Virus record (IMG/VR): IMGVR_UViG_3300001848_000317
Direction: 5' to 3' (one strand)
DNA: 64,000 bases
Source of the DNA: a virus
Shown here piece by piece: positions 46,236 to 55,353 of the stretch. The notes below the pieces were generated by a model, which worked only from the letters and a program-made list of their open reading frames with translations, had not been told where the DNA came from and searched no databases. A program made the translations under genes and the position numbers. Within the stretch, counting starts at the first letter, position 1; each line of letters opens with the position of its first letter.

Positions 46236-48212
46236 TTACTTCTCTGCCCATGAAGTGCCGACTTTCGTCTCGGCTTTGATAGGTACGTCCTTATCAATGG
46301 GGCACCGTGCCCGTTCAACGATCTTCATGGCACCTTGGACCATCAGATCCTGAACGAGACGGGCGTTCTCTTCCGCTTTGTCAGGGTCGGTGACTACCAG
46401 AACTTCATCGTGGATGGTCATCCGTAGGTCGAGTCGGTGCTTGTATATCTCGATCAGCCCCGCCTTGTTGATGTCAGCGCCGCTTCCCTGAATGGTTGTA
46501 TTGTTCGCTTCCAGGCTGATAGCCTTCGCCTCGGCACGGGTGCGTGGTTTGTAGTAGTACCGGCGGCGACCAATGATCGTCTCGGAGTAGCCGGCTTCGA
46601 TTGCTTTGGCGGTGACCTGTTCGAAGTACGACACGATGGTTGGATGGTTGGTGTGCATCGCCTTGAGCATCGTTTCGATCTGATCGTTCGGCATGTTGTG
46701 CCCCGCTTTACGGATGATCCGTGCCACGGTATCAACCCATGCCCCATACCAAGATGCGAAGTTGAAGTTCTTGGCGATGGACCGTGCCTTGTTCGCTTCA
46801 GACCACGGTGAGATCCCATCGAAGGTAGCACCATGCTCCCAATCCTTACGGCGGGCATCGCCTTTCTGGATGAATGACACACCGAATAGGTTGGTTGCGG
46901 TGTGAGCGTGAAGGTCACCGCCCTTCTTGAACAAGTCACACATGACCGGATCACGGGACATCATCGCAATCAGCACCAGTTCGATCTGGCTGTAGTCTGA
47001 GATGATGAGCAGCTTGCCGGGGTCAGGTACAAACATAGAGCGGAGGTCACTGTCACGGGGGATCTGTTGGAGCGGTGGCTTACTGGCGGAATACCGACCG
47101 CTGTCCTTGCACTGATCCAATGAGCAGTGGACGTTCTTTGTGATTGGGTTGCGGCAACCAAGTAGCGGTTCGACGTAGACGTTCAGCGCACGGTTTACCC
47201 TACGGTAGTTGACCAAGGCACGGGCGAACGGATGCTCCATCTGTTCCAGCGCATCGGCATCCACGGTTTCCTTGTAGACAATGTTGCCGTCGTCGTCCTT
47301 GGCCTTCTTCTTCGGGATGGCGATCCCATTGGAGCGCATCCACTCCATGATCTGTTTGCCGCTCTCCAGGTTCCACGGCTCCTCGATCACTTCGGTAACA
47401 GTGCGCCACTGTTCGACTTCCTTGCGGGCTACCCCACGGGAGATCGCCAGTGCATCCCGTTCATCAGCGGTCAGTCTCACCTTCCGTTCCTTGGTGACAG
47501 GGCGCATGCCGACCATCTCACGGACGGTTGCTTCCCGTTCCTCGATCAGTTGGGCGTACTCCACCTTCAGCCGCTCGATGACCGCCTCGTCGACGTGCAG
47601 CCCACGGAACTCCATCCAGGCGGTGACCGGCACGACGTTCATCTCCAAGGCGAGGGTCATGTCCAACCCTTCCTTGTTGGCCATGCTCTGCAAGACCTTG
47701 GCGATCTGGTACGGATACTGCACATCGAGTGCGGCGTACTCCAGTTGTTCGTCGGTCAGGTCACCGGCCCAGTTGGATTGCTGCTGTGCCTTGTCCAGTT
47801 CAATACCGATGGTGCGGTGAGCGACAGCGGCGAGGTTGTGCTTGCCAACCATGTGCTGCATGCCAGCCTCGACGATCTTGGCGCCGACCATGGTGTCCCA
47901 TACCCGGCGGATACGGATGTTATTGGACAGCAACATCTTGCAATCGAAGGCAAGGTTGTGACCGACGAACATCGGTGACTCGTCGGACTCCATGACGGCA
48001 CGGAACACCGACGGCGGTACCTTGAAACAGTCCACCAGATAGCTGTGAACCGACCCGTTCTCTTCGATACCGAACTGCATCAGCCGGATCTCGCTGGTAT
48101 GAGGATCAAGGCCGGTGGTTTCGGTATCGAAGTTGACCCACTTGTGCTGCGATAGAGCAGCGGCGAGCCTTTGCGCCTCTTCGACAGAGTCGATGTAAGT
48201 GTAATCAGACAT
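46236..48212 (-). CDS. polA: family A DNA polymerase with 3'-5' exonuclease domain
   Basis: Exo motifs are NFDTETTGL, VGHNLAFDCKML and YAALDVQY. Pol motifs are A (IISDYSQIELV), B (RSIAKNFNFASWYG) and C (MTIHDEVLV). The ATG is at 48210-48212; the ORF-track start at 48218 is a TTG. Confidence 0.93.
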   Translation of the reverse strand: MSDYTYIDSVEEAQRLAAALSQHKWVNFDTETTGLDPHTSEIRLMQFGIEENGSVHSYLVDCFKVPPSVFRAVMESDESPMFVGHNLAFDCKMLLSNNIRIRRVWDTMVGAKIVEAGMQHMVGKHNLAAVAHRTIGIELDKAQQQSNWAGDLTDEQLEYAALDVQYPYQIAKVLQSMANKEGLDMTLALEMNVVPVTAWMEFRGLHVDEAVIERLKVEYAQLIEEREATVREMVGMRPVTKERKVRLTADERDALAISRGVARKEVEQWRTVTEVIEEPWNLESGKQIMEWMRSNGIAIPKKKAKDDDGNIVYKETVDADALEQMEHPFARALVNYRRVNRALNVYVEPLLGCRNPITKNVHCSLDQCKDSGRYSASKPPLQQIPRDSDLRSMFVPDPGKLLIISDYSQIELVLIAMMSRDPVMCDLFKKGGDLHAHTATNLFGVSFIQKGDARRKDWEHGATFDGISPWSEANKARSIAKNFNFASWYGAWVDTVARIIRKAGHNMPNDQIETMLKAMHTNHPTIVSYFEQVTAKAIEAGYSETIIGRRRYYYKPRTRAEAKAISLEANNTTIQGSGADINKAGLIEIYKHRLDLRMTIHDEVLVVTDPDKAEENARLVQDLMVQGAMKIVERARCPIDKDVPIKAETKVGTSWAEK

Positions 48213-48235
48213 AAGCAACCCCTTGCTTTGGGTAC

Positions 48236-48265
48236 AAAAAATCCCCCGCCCGATAGGACGGGGGA
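48236..48265 (-). terminator. Rho-independent terminator after the SSB-like gene
   Basis: On the minus strand, the tcccccg...cggggga stem (48242-48265) is followed by TTTTTT (plus-strand A-run at 48236-48241). Confidence 0.8.
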
Positions 48266-48284
48266 CTAAGCTAACGACGGTTGG

Positions 48285-49178
48285 TTACTCCAGACCGGGA
48301 CCGTCATCCCAGGTACGGTCAGCACCGGGACGTGAAGCAGGGGCTTTCCGCTCGTCGCTGACGGCGGTCGGATCGGGGATGATCTTCGCCATGATCAGAG
48401 CGGCGAGGTGGTTCTTGGGGAAGTTGGCATCCTTCTCACCGAGCAAGCTGCCGTTCGCACCACGTTGACCGGGGCAGTAGTTCTCGTTGCGGAGCACGGT
48501 GTCGAACAGGGTCATCACACCCTCGGGGTCATTCGACAGGGCTCGCGACACGGCCTTCATGACCTCGATCACCTGTTCATCCTCGCCGTCGTAGATGAAC
48601 GCCGACTTGGCTACCACCTCGACCACCTGTTCGGTGCCGTCCATCACTACACTCTTGCGAACCGTGGCAGGACGGAGAGCGTAAACGGTGGAGGTACCTT
48701 CACCGGTGCGCTCGATGTTGGTGTCTTGCTCAAGGATCGGTTGCTCCTTGGCGTAGGCGATGAACTGCGTGGTCTGAGTTGGGCTGCGGGGGAACCGGCG
48801 CAGTACCTTCTCAGGGTAGTTCTGTCCGTTCTTGGCGGTGACCATGATGCCTTCGCTGGTGTAGTCGTACACCAGAGGGACCACGATCCACTGTCCCTTG
48901 ACACCGGCTTCGCAACCAGCGCACTTCACACCGGGCATCTTCCAGTTACCGGTGCACTTACCGGACCACTTGAGCATGTTGCCTTCCCGGTGGGTGTGGA
49001 CGTAGATGCGGGGAGACAAGCGGTGATCGGTGAGGAACCGGACCTTCTTAGTTTCCCGATCCTGCACTTCCAGGCGGGGGATGAAGCCCTTGCCGGAACC
49101 GGCAGACTTGACTTTGGCGGCAGCCTTCTCGGTTTCCGCCAGCATGAACGCCTCGTAGGCATCAGCGATGTTGACCAT
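48285..49178 (-). CDS. gp32-like single-stranded DNA-binding protein with zinc finger
   Basis: KKVRFLTDHRLSPRIYVHTHREGNMLKWSGKC...VKCAGCEAG parallels T4 gp32 (vIRFLP...H...C...H....C..C). It has an acidic C-terminus and lies next to polA. Confidence 0.55.
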   Translation of the reverse strand: MVNIADAYEAFMLAETEKAAAKVKSAGSGKGFIPRLEVQDRETKKVRFLTDHRLSPRIYVHTHREGNMLKWSGKCTGNWKMPGVKCAGCEAGVKGQWIVVPLVYDYTSEGIMVTAKNGQNYPEKVLRRFPRSPTQTTQFIAYAKEQPILEQDTNIERTGEGTSTVYALRPATVRKSVVMDGTEQVVEVVAKSAFIYDGEDEQVIEVMKAVSRALSNDPEGVMTLFDTVLRNENYCPGQRGANGSLLGEKDANFPKNHLAALIMAKIIPDPTAVSDERKAPASRPGADRTWDDGPGLE

Positions 49179-49234
49179 TTCACTCCTCCTTCAGAGGTAC
49201 ACATAGGTCGATTGCTACAGATCGTAGCAGAGTA

Positions 49235-49576
49235 TTAAGCCCAATCGTCGTTAAGGTTTTCAAATGGATCTAGTTTCCGTTTGTTAAGCAGTTCCTCCAT
49301 GTTGATCTCGGGGTAGAACTTGGCGGCTATCGACCCAACCGCCAGCAGGTTGTACATGACCGTGTCCTTCAGCTTGGCGTCGTAGTCGGACGGGTCATCG
49401 AGGACACCCAGGGATTGTACCGGGTAGTTGCAAGCCAGCTTGGTGCGCTCGGCTATCAGCCTAGCGGTTAGCGCCTCGTACTTGGCGATCAACCGGTTGA
49501 TTTCGTGCAATCGCCTGGGTACCCAACCCGCACCACGCTTGGTGTCGTAGTAATTTTTCGTAGTCTCCTTCGTCAC
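49235..49576 (-). CDS. hypothetical protein (113 aa)
   Basis: The GTG start overlaps the upstream stop (GTGA). Confidence 0.5.
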   Translation of the reverse strand: MTKETTKNYYDTKRGAGWVPRRLHEINRLIAKYEALTARLIAERTKLACNYPVQSLGVLDDPSDYDAKLKDTVMYNLLAVGSIAAKFYPEINMEELLNKRKLDPFENLNDDWA

Positions 49577-49938
49577 GGATCACCCCCTATTTGACTGGCG
49601 ACATAAAGGACATGCTTGCAGAACACACCGGACCCCTCGTCGGCGTAGGTGTAGAACTGGTCACGGCAGTTGCATGTCATCGCTGCCATGTCCACGTCGT
49701 ATCGACCACGGATGACGTCGGTCAGGCTGATCGACTTGAAGTTCACCACCACATAGGTGGTGTCGGTGAGCTGCCAAGCCTGCATGTAATCGAAGTCGCG
49801 CATCAGTGTTTGACGGCGAGCCTCCTGCATCTGGTCAAGGTTGGCTTTGATGATGCCGACGTTCACCAGATACGGTTTGGTTTCAGGCGCAGTCGAGTAA
49901 CCGAGCCGGCGCCACGGCTCGTTCTCTATGTTCGGCAT
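49573..49938 (-). CDS. SWIM zinc-finger protein
   Basis: CNCRDQFYTYADEGSGVFCKHVLYV is the CxCx(n)CxH SWIM signature. It lies immediately downstream of the SNF2 helicase. Confidence 0.7.
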   Translation of the reverse strand: MPNIENEPWRRLGYSTAPETKPYLVNVGIIKANLDQMQEARRQTLMRDFDYMQAWQLTDTTYVVVNFKSISLTDVIRGRYDVDMAAMTCNCRDQFYTYADEGSGVFCKHVLYVASQIGGDP

Positions 49939-49940
49939 GA

Positions 49941-51593
49941 CTACTGCGCCGCACGCTCAAGGTAGTAGCGCAAGTCCTCTGCTGATACGGTGATCTCCTG
50001 CTCCAATGTCTGGGACTGGGCGTACTGGTTCATTGCCGACTTACCCTTCAGTGCCTTTAGGGTAAGTTCGTCCAGCGTACCGGCGGTGACGATGTCGTAC
50101 ACCATGCACCGGTTGTCCTGGCCGATACGGTAGTTGCGGTCCTGGGATTGGAGACGGTCAACCGCATTGAACGAGCGGTTGAGGTAGATCATCGTGTCCG
50201 CAGCGGTGAGTGTAATACCCTCACGGCAGGCTGCCGGTGACCCCAGGAACACCCGGACTTTGCCGGCCTGGAAATCACGGATGGCAGCCTGCCGCTCGGC
50301 GGGTGACGTATCACCATGGTACAGGACCGAGCTAATATCCGCAGCATCGAGGATCTGTTTCATCCGGTGAAGGTCGTAGCGGTAGCAGGACCACACGATC
50401 ACCTGACTGTCGGTATCCTCGATCAATGACAGTGCCTCGTCGTACTTGGTAGTCGACTCGGGGTACTCGTCGTTGATCATCTGCGGATTGCTGGCGGCTT
50501 GGGCCAACCGCAGGAACTTGGTCAGTGAGTTGGGTGATACGAGGTTGCCGTCGTCATCGAACTCACGGATCAGGTCTTGCCGGATCTGTTCGTACACGGC
50601 GATCTGTTCGGCAGTCATGTGAACGTGTCGCACCTGGAACAGGCGGGTCGGTAGGTCTAGCACTTCGTCCTTGGTGCGGCGAAGCGAGACGGCGTTGATC
50701 TTATGCTTGAGTTGATCGAGGTTCTTGTAGCTCGACACGGCGTACTTGCTGAAGCGGTTACCGAGATTGGCGTACACCCGCAGCCATGTCCAGTAGTCGG
50801 GGAAGTAACCGGGTACCGCCCAGTTCACCTGGAACCAGACGTCCTCGACTTTGTTGGGCAGCACCGTACCGGTCATGGCCAGTCGGAACTTCGGTTGCAG
50901 TGAGCTGATTGCTTTGGCGGTGACGCTCTGCCGGTTCTTTACCCGATGGCTCTCATCGAGGGTGATCATGTCCGGTTCCCATACGGACAGATCATCAACG
51001 GAGCGACGTGCCCGTTCGTAGTGGGTGATGACAATCGTTGTGTCGTTAGGGATCTTGCGCTTCTTATCCAGTACGAAGCAGGTAGCCTCGGGGAAGCACA
51101 GCTTCAGTTCGTCAAGCCAGACATCGACGACCGCTTTCGGGCAGATGATGACGAACTTACGGGCAGCCCCGCTTTCATACCGCATCCGCATAGCGACGGC
51201 GGCCTGCATCGTTTTTCCCAAACCTTGATCGTCCAATAGCAGGGAGTTGGCGTTGCGGACAATCCAGTTGATGCCCACCTTCTGATGATCGGCATAGGTA
51301 CGACCGTCTACCTCGGGCAGGTTCAGGTCCAGGGACTGGAGTGCTTCGACTTCGGCCAGCCACTTGCTCAGCATCGGACCATAGTCCGGTCGGTAACCGT
51401 TGAGTTCAGAGGTCAGGTCATCGAAGCTGACGAGCGGGAGTTCCCACAACTTGGTGTTGGGGTTGAACGCCCCACCGTGTTGACGTGAGACGTTGCGGAC
51501 AAGACCGAGCGCCTCATTGAATTGTTCGTGGCCACTGGTCAGCTTGACCACGATCTTGTTGCCGTTCTTTTCGAGCAGCACAGGACTGTTCAT
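49941..51593 (-). CDS. SNF2-family helicase/translocase
   Basis: Motif I is DDQGLGKTMQA, motif II is ITLDESHRVKN and motif III is LAMTGTVLPN. The helicase-C motifs are VIVWSCY...LYHGD and QSQDRNYRIGQ. Confidence 0.9.
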   Translation of the reverse strand: MNSPVLLEKNGNKIVVKLTSGHEQFNEALGLVRNVSRQHGGAFNPNTKLWELPLVSFDDLTSELNGYRPDYGPMLSKWLAEVEALQSLDLNLPEVDGRTYADHQKVGINWIVRNANSLLLDDQGLGKTMQAAVAMRMRYESGAARKFVIICPKAVVDVWLDELKLCFPEATCFVLDKKRKIPNDTTIVITHYERARRSVDDLSVWEPDMITLDESHRVKNRQSVTAKAISSLQPKFRLAMTGTVLPNKVEDVWFQVNWAVPGYFPDYWTWLRVYANLGNRFSKYAVSSYKNLDQLKHKINAVSLRRTKDEVLDLPTRLFQVRHVHMTAEQIAVYEQIRQDLIREFDDDGNLVSPNSLTKFLRLAQAASNPQMINDEYPESTTKYDEALSLIEDTDSQVIVWSCYRYDLHRMKQILDAADISSVLYHGDTSPAERQAAIRDFQAGKVRVFLGSPAACREGITLTAADTMIYLNRSFNAVDRLQSQDRNYRIGQDNRCMVYDIVTAGTLDELTLKALKGKSAMNQYAQSQTLEQEITVSAEDLRYYLERAAQ

Positions 51594-51643
51594 AGCGTGT
51601 CTCCTTATCGCTGGCGGTGAAACCCGCCCATGGGTGTGATTGA

Positions 51644-52825
51644 TTATACCTGATACAGATTGGTTGCCGTGTTGTACGACAGGTTGTGGTTACCTCCGTT
51701 GAACAGACCGTCGATCAGGCGGTCATACGTCTCGATCAGATCCGGGTTGGTGGATTCGTAACGGTGAAGTACGGTGCGGTTCCGCTGGTTGTACTCCTCG
51801 ATCCGGCTGTCGTGGTTGAGCAGGATGTCATCCAGTTGTCTGGCACCCTCTACGGTATCACCTCCTTCGTAGTAATAGGCAAGGTCACGGACCATCGGTG
51901 CGTTGTGCAGCAGTGGGTAACCCATGTATGCACAGTCGAGGTACAGGTAGTTCAACGGGTTGACCACCTGATGACTGATCAGGACGTCGGCGTACTGCGA
52001 CATGAAGAAGGCGGTTTGGTACCGGCTCTCGGCGGTGATCTTCTTGTCGGCGTACAGGTCGAATGATTTGACGACGTCCATGAACTCTTTGTTGGTGCCC
52101 AGCTTCTCGGCGTTGGTCAGCATCACCTTGCGGATGTGCTGCTTACCGACAGGGCCACGGTAACTCTCCTCGGCAACCATCAAGGGGATCATGCAGAACT
52201 TGATTACGTTGAGGTTCGGCTCCATGATGCCGATCACCTTCTGATCGGACGGTTGGTAGCCGTAATCCTTGGCATACTTGCCGGCCTTGAAGCCCTGGTG
52301 GATGTCAACCAGCCCACCCAGGATGTACTTCTTGTCCCAGACAAAGGGTACGGTCAGGGTATTGACGCGGTGCATTGTGCGGTAGAAACCGGCGTTCGTC
52401 TCATGCTGCTGGGGGATGTACCAGCATTCATCGAGCACCTTCTCGTATCGATACGGTTTGCGATCACCACTACCGAGCAGCACCGACTCAGCAAACAGCA
52501 TGTAATCGTTGCCGCAGCGGTAGCTTACGATCCGTTTGTCCGGTTGGCTGCGGAACTCAGCGAGTACCTTGTCCTCTACCTGCGCCCCCATCAGGAACAC
52601 CAGATCCATCTCGTGGATCTTCTCGTTGCACGGGTAGACCGGGATGTCCCGCAGGTAATCCGGCTTGGTGGTCAGGTCAGCACCCAGGGTGTTGAGCAGG
52701 TAGACTTCATAGCCACGGCTCGACTGCTTCAACAGCTTGTAAAAGATCAGGACGTTCAGCTTGATGCCGTTCGTCCAGATGCTGTCGGTGTTGGTCTTAA
52801 GACCAATGGTGATCCCGATCTTCAT
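51644..52825 (-). CDS. DUF2827-like protein (GT-B glycosyltransferase-like fold, substrate unknown)
   Basis: MKIGITIG...SIWTNGIKLNV, VPFVWD, IMEPNLNVIKFCMIPLMVAEESYR and FMSQYADVLISHQVVNPLNYLYLDCAYMGYPLLHNAP...YYYEGGD match my recollection of the DUF2827 family. The ATG overlaps the stop of the ferritin-like gene (ATGA). Confidence 0.5.
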   Translation of the reverse strand: MKIGITIGLKTNTDSIWTNGIKLNVLIFYKLLKQSSRGYEVYLLNTLGADLTTKPDYLRDIPVYPCNEKIHEMDLVFLMGAQVEDKVLAEFRSQPDKRIVSYRCGNDYMLFAESVLLGSGDRKPYRYEKVLDECWYIPQQHETNAGFYRTMHRVNTLTVPFVWDKKYILGGLVDIHQGFKAGKYAKDYGYQPSDQKVIGIMEPNLNVIKFCMIPLMVAEESYRGPVGKQHIRKVMLTNAEKLGTNKEFMDVVKSFDLYADKKITAESRYQTAFFMSQYADVLISHQVVNPLNYLYLDCAYMGYPLLHNAPMVRDLAYYYEGGDTVEGARQLDDILLNHDSRIEEYNQRNRTVLHRYESTNPDLIETYDRLIDGLFNGGNHNLSYNTATNLYQV

Positions 52826-53337
52826 GCGTCATCTTGGCTGTCGTCACAGAAGCACTCGGTTGGACCCAGCAGGTTACGCAGATCGTGACGGTGCTCGTAC
52901 TCGTCGGCAAGGATCGCACTGACCACGGTGAAGGTGAGCGGCCAAGTGTCCTTCACCGCCAACGCAATCTCGGTGTACGCATCGATGGCGGTTTGCTCGC
53001 TGGTCAGGTCCAGGTTCAGCATCTCGCTGGTGACGTCCGACGATTGGACATCCATCCTGCCGTCGGTAGTCGGGTTGTTCATCACCATGCGGGTCAGTTG
53101 GTTGTCGAGCACACCACCCATCACCATGATGTGGTCCTTCAGCATGCCGGCATGCTTGCGCTCATCGTCGGCGTGCTCGAAGAACATGTCCTGCAACTGC
53201 AAGGAGTAGATGCCTTGGACGGCAACACCGTGGTTGTAGTATTGCTCGGCGGCAATGATCTCACTGGCGTACATCCGGTTGAGCACGATGACCAGTTGCG
53301 TCTGATCGGTCATGTCGTAGTTGCCGAAGAAAGCCAT
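52822..53337 (-). CDS. ferritin-like (bacterioferritin-type) di-iron four-helix-bundle protein
   Basis: The ATG is at 53335-53337 (GAGAGGA upstream). EIIAAEQYYNH, FFEHADDERKHAGML, LTSEQTAIDAY and ILADEYEHRHDL are collinear with bacterioferritin ferroxidase ligands (E, ExxH, E, ExxH). Confidence 0.75.
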   Translation of the reverse strand: MAFFGNYDMTDQTQLVIVLNRMYASEIIAAEQYYNHGVAVQGIYSLQLQDMFFEHADDERKHAGMLKDHIMVMGGVLDNQLTRMVMNNPTTDGRMDVQSSDVTSEMLNLDLTSEQTAIDAYTEIALAVKDTWPLTFTVVSAILADEYEHRHDLRNLLGPTECFCDDSQDDA

Positions 53338-53339
53338 GG

Positions 53340-53921
53340 TCAATCCTCTCGTCCGTACTTCAACCGCAGTATCTCGCCGTGGGTGAAGTGTGGCAAGCGT
53401 TCGCCTAATGCCACCCGGATCAGCTCATCCCGCAGGGGCTTCGGTTCGACGTAGGTAAGGATCATCTGCAAACCGATGTCGATGTCGGTTGACAGCCTCG
53501 ATGGCATCTCACGGGCAGCAGCGGCGATCTCACCGATCTCAAGCGGTCGTTTGTTAGGGCCGGCATTGAGGGACCACATCCGCAGGGTCTGGAAGATCCG
53601 ACGGGCCAGCGGTTTGTCCTTGACCGAGACGTCGAACACATCGTCGACGACACGCTCTTGGATCAGATCACGGACGGACTGACGTAACCGGGATCGAGCG
53701 GCACGGGTCAGCTTGATGGCGTAGTGCTTGGTCATGGGTAGCTCACCTTCCTGCCGGATAGGAACCGGTGCATGGTCCCACTCCAGGGTGTACAGGATGA
53801 CACCGATGTCTTTCTCCTCCGGTACGGATACGAACAGCGAACCATCGAGTACCTCTGGGAGGCCACCGTAGGCCCTAGAGTGGGTCGATTTACGGACGGA
53901 GGTATCAGAGGTCGTTCGCAT
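53340..53921 (-). CDS. hypothetical protein (193 aa)
   Basis: The ORF is 2 nt upstream of the ferritin-like gene. An alternative start at 53735 (MTKHYAIKL) has a better SD. Confidence 0.5.
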   Translation of the reverse strand: MRTTSDTSVRKSTHSRAYGGLPEVLDGSLFVSVPEEKDIGVILYTLEWDHAPVPIRQEGELPMTKHYAIKLTRAARSRLRQSVRDLIQERVVDDVFDVSVKDKPLARRIFQTLRMWSLNAGPNKRPLEIGEIAAAAREMPSRLSTDIDIGLQMILTYVEPKPLRDELIRVALGERLPHFTHGEILRLKYGRED

Positions 53922-54918
53922 TGGCTTGCTTCGGAATTAGGCCATCCACGACGATCCTATCGTTAACGACACCCCACGGCATACCGACGGGTACAGCGTA
54001 GATCATGGAGTAGGCACCGATACTCGGCTTCTCGAAGCGGATCTTATGGGCCAACAGACCAGCTTCATTCTTCCGGTAATTGTCGTTTGCATAATCGAGC
54101 AGGTTGTTCCGCAGGTAGAACGGTGAGTACGATAGCAGAGCTACGACAGCCAGACGAGGATCGTAGTTCTTGGCAAGCATGCTGTCGTAAATCTTACGGA
54201 CAGTTCCACTGCATAGCGACGGTTCGAAACTGTCTACGGCAGATAGGCAAGCGTCGAACATATCGTTCGGCATACGGTGAGGTTTGCCATGACGGTGGAC
54301 CTCAGTCTTTTCAGACAGCACGACTGGGATATTCGACGGTGAGACATACATCTCTTCTCCATCGAGTTCACCCACAAAGAAACCTTCGTTCTCGATCCGT
54401 TCCCGAAGGGCAGCAGCATCAGCAGCTTGCTGCTGCTTTTTATTCTTACCCTTATTACTAGAGGGTTTACGCGCGGGCGCGCCCGCATGTGAGGGAATGT
54501 CGTCAAACATAAGTGCCACCTCCATTAGAGCCTTCTTAAAATCTGTGCATGGCAGCCATGTCAACTTGTCAACATCATGTCGGGTTTTTGTAAACATCGT
54601 GTCGGGTTTGTCGGGTTTGGTGACCTCGATGTACCAGTGCTGACAGGTGTGGTACTCGCCACAGTTAGGCACCGGAGTCGGGTGTTCGTTGACCACTGCT
54701 GTGCGACGCTGACCCCGGATGATTCCGATCCGCCTCAGCTTGGCAATCCGTCGCTCGATGGTTCTCGTCGTCGTACCTGCATCGGTAGCGATGGCCACCG
54801 TAGTTTTACCGCCGAGTATCTGTTGAAGTAACTCGGCATACTCGTGACCCAACCGTGGGTCGTGGATGATCTGCAACAGCAGGATGGGTAGACGGACGTT
54901 AGGTGAGATGGTTATCAT
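53905..54918 (-). CDS. DNA-binding protein with N-terminal winged-HTH (337 aa)
   Basis: GGKTTVAIATDAGTTTRTIERRIAKLRRIGIIRG is HTH-like. There is a Lys/Gln-rich linker. The C-terminal domain is unknown. Confidence 0.55.
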   Translation of the reverse strand: MITISPNVRLPILLLQIIHDPRLGHEYAELLQQILGGKTTVAIATDAGTTTRTIERRIAKLRRIGIIRGQRRTAVVNEHPTPVPNCGEYHTCQHWYIEVTKPDKPDTMFTKTRHDVDKLTWLPCTDFKKALMEVALMFDDIPSHAGAPARKPSSNKGKNKKQQQAADAAALRERIENEGFFVGELDGEEMYVSPSNIPVVLSEKTEVHRHGKPHRMPNDMFDACLSAVDSFEPSLCSGTVRKIYDSMLAKNYDPRLAVVALLSYSPFYLRNNLLDYANDNYRKNEAGLLAHKIRFEKPSIGAYSMIYAVPVGMPWGVVNDRIVVDGLIPKQANANDL

Positions 54919-54968
54919 ATCGGAAGCTCTTTCCCAAGCGGAGCTAGACCATGCGCTGGTCGACTATC

Positions 54969-55002
54969 AACCGGGGCGGTTGGTCACGTAGCCGCCCCGG
55001 TT
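54969..55002 (-). terminator. Strong hairpin after the HIRAN gene
   Basis: aaccggggcgg (54969-54979) pairs with ccgccccggtt (54992-55002), an 11-bp perfect stem. No clear U-tract. Confidence 0.6.
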
Positions 55003-55009
55003 AACCATC

Positions 55010-55351
55010 TTACTCCAGTTGCAGATCGACGGTAACCAGCTTCGACCCCTTCTGCAACGTACCCGGTTGGATGTCGGCAACCGTACAGCCAGACACTTTG
55101 CGACCGGCCTTGAACTCGGCGTCCAACACCTTCGCCGTAGCGTGCGGCACATACCCGATGAACGTCGCACTCTCGGTGTGAACCAGAGCCAACGCATAGG
55201 GATCGTTGTGCGGGTTCATCATCGCCGTACCCTTGGGATCGGGGATCACCTGTATCGCATCGCCGTCACCGATCTTCTCCCACGGGAAAGCCTTGCCGTC
55301 TTTGTCCCACGCGATCTCCCGGTACTTGATACCCGCCACTTCGATAAGCAT
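55010..55351 (-). CDS. HIRAN domain protein
   Basis: VAGIKYR..., GDAIQVIPDP...NPHNDPYALALV and FIGYVPHATAKVL match the HIRAN pattern (vvG.ryy / L.rep.Np.D.nAi.V / iGyvp...a..l). Confidence 0.6.
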   Translation of the reverse strand: MLIEVAGIKYREIAWDKDGKAFPWEKIGDGDAIQVIPDPKGTAMMNPHNDPYALALVHTESATFIGYVPHATAKVLDAEFKAGRKVSGCTVADIQPGTLQKGSKLVTVDLQLE

Positions 55352-55353
55352 GG

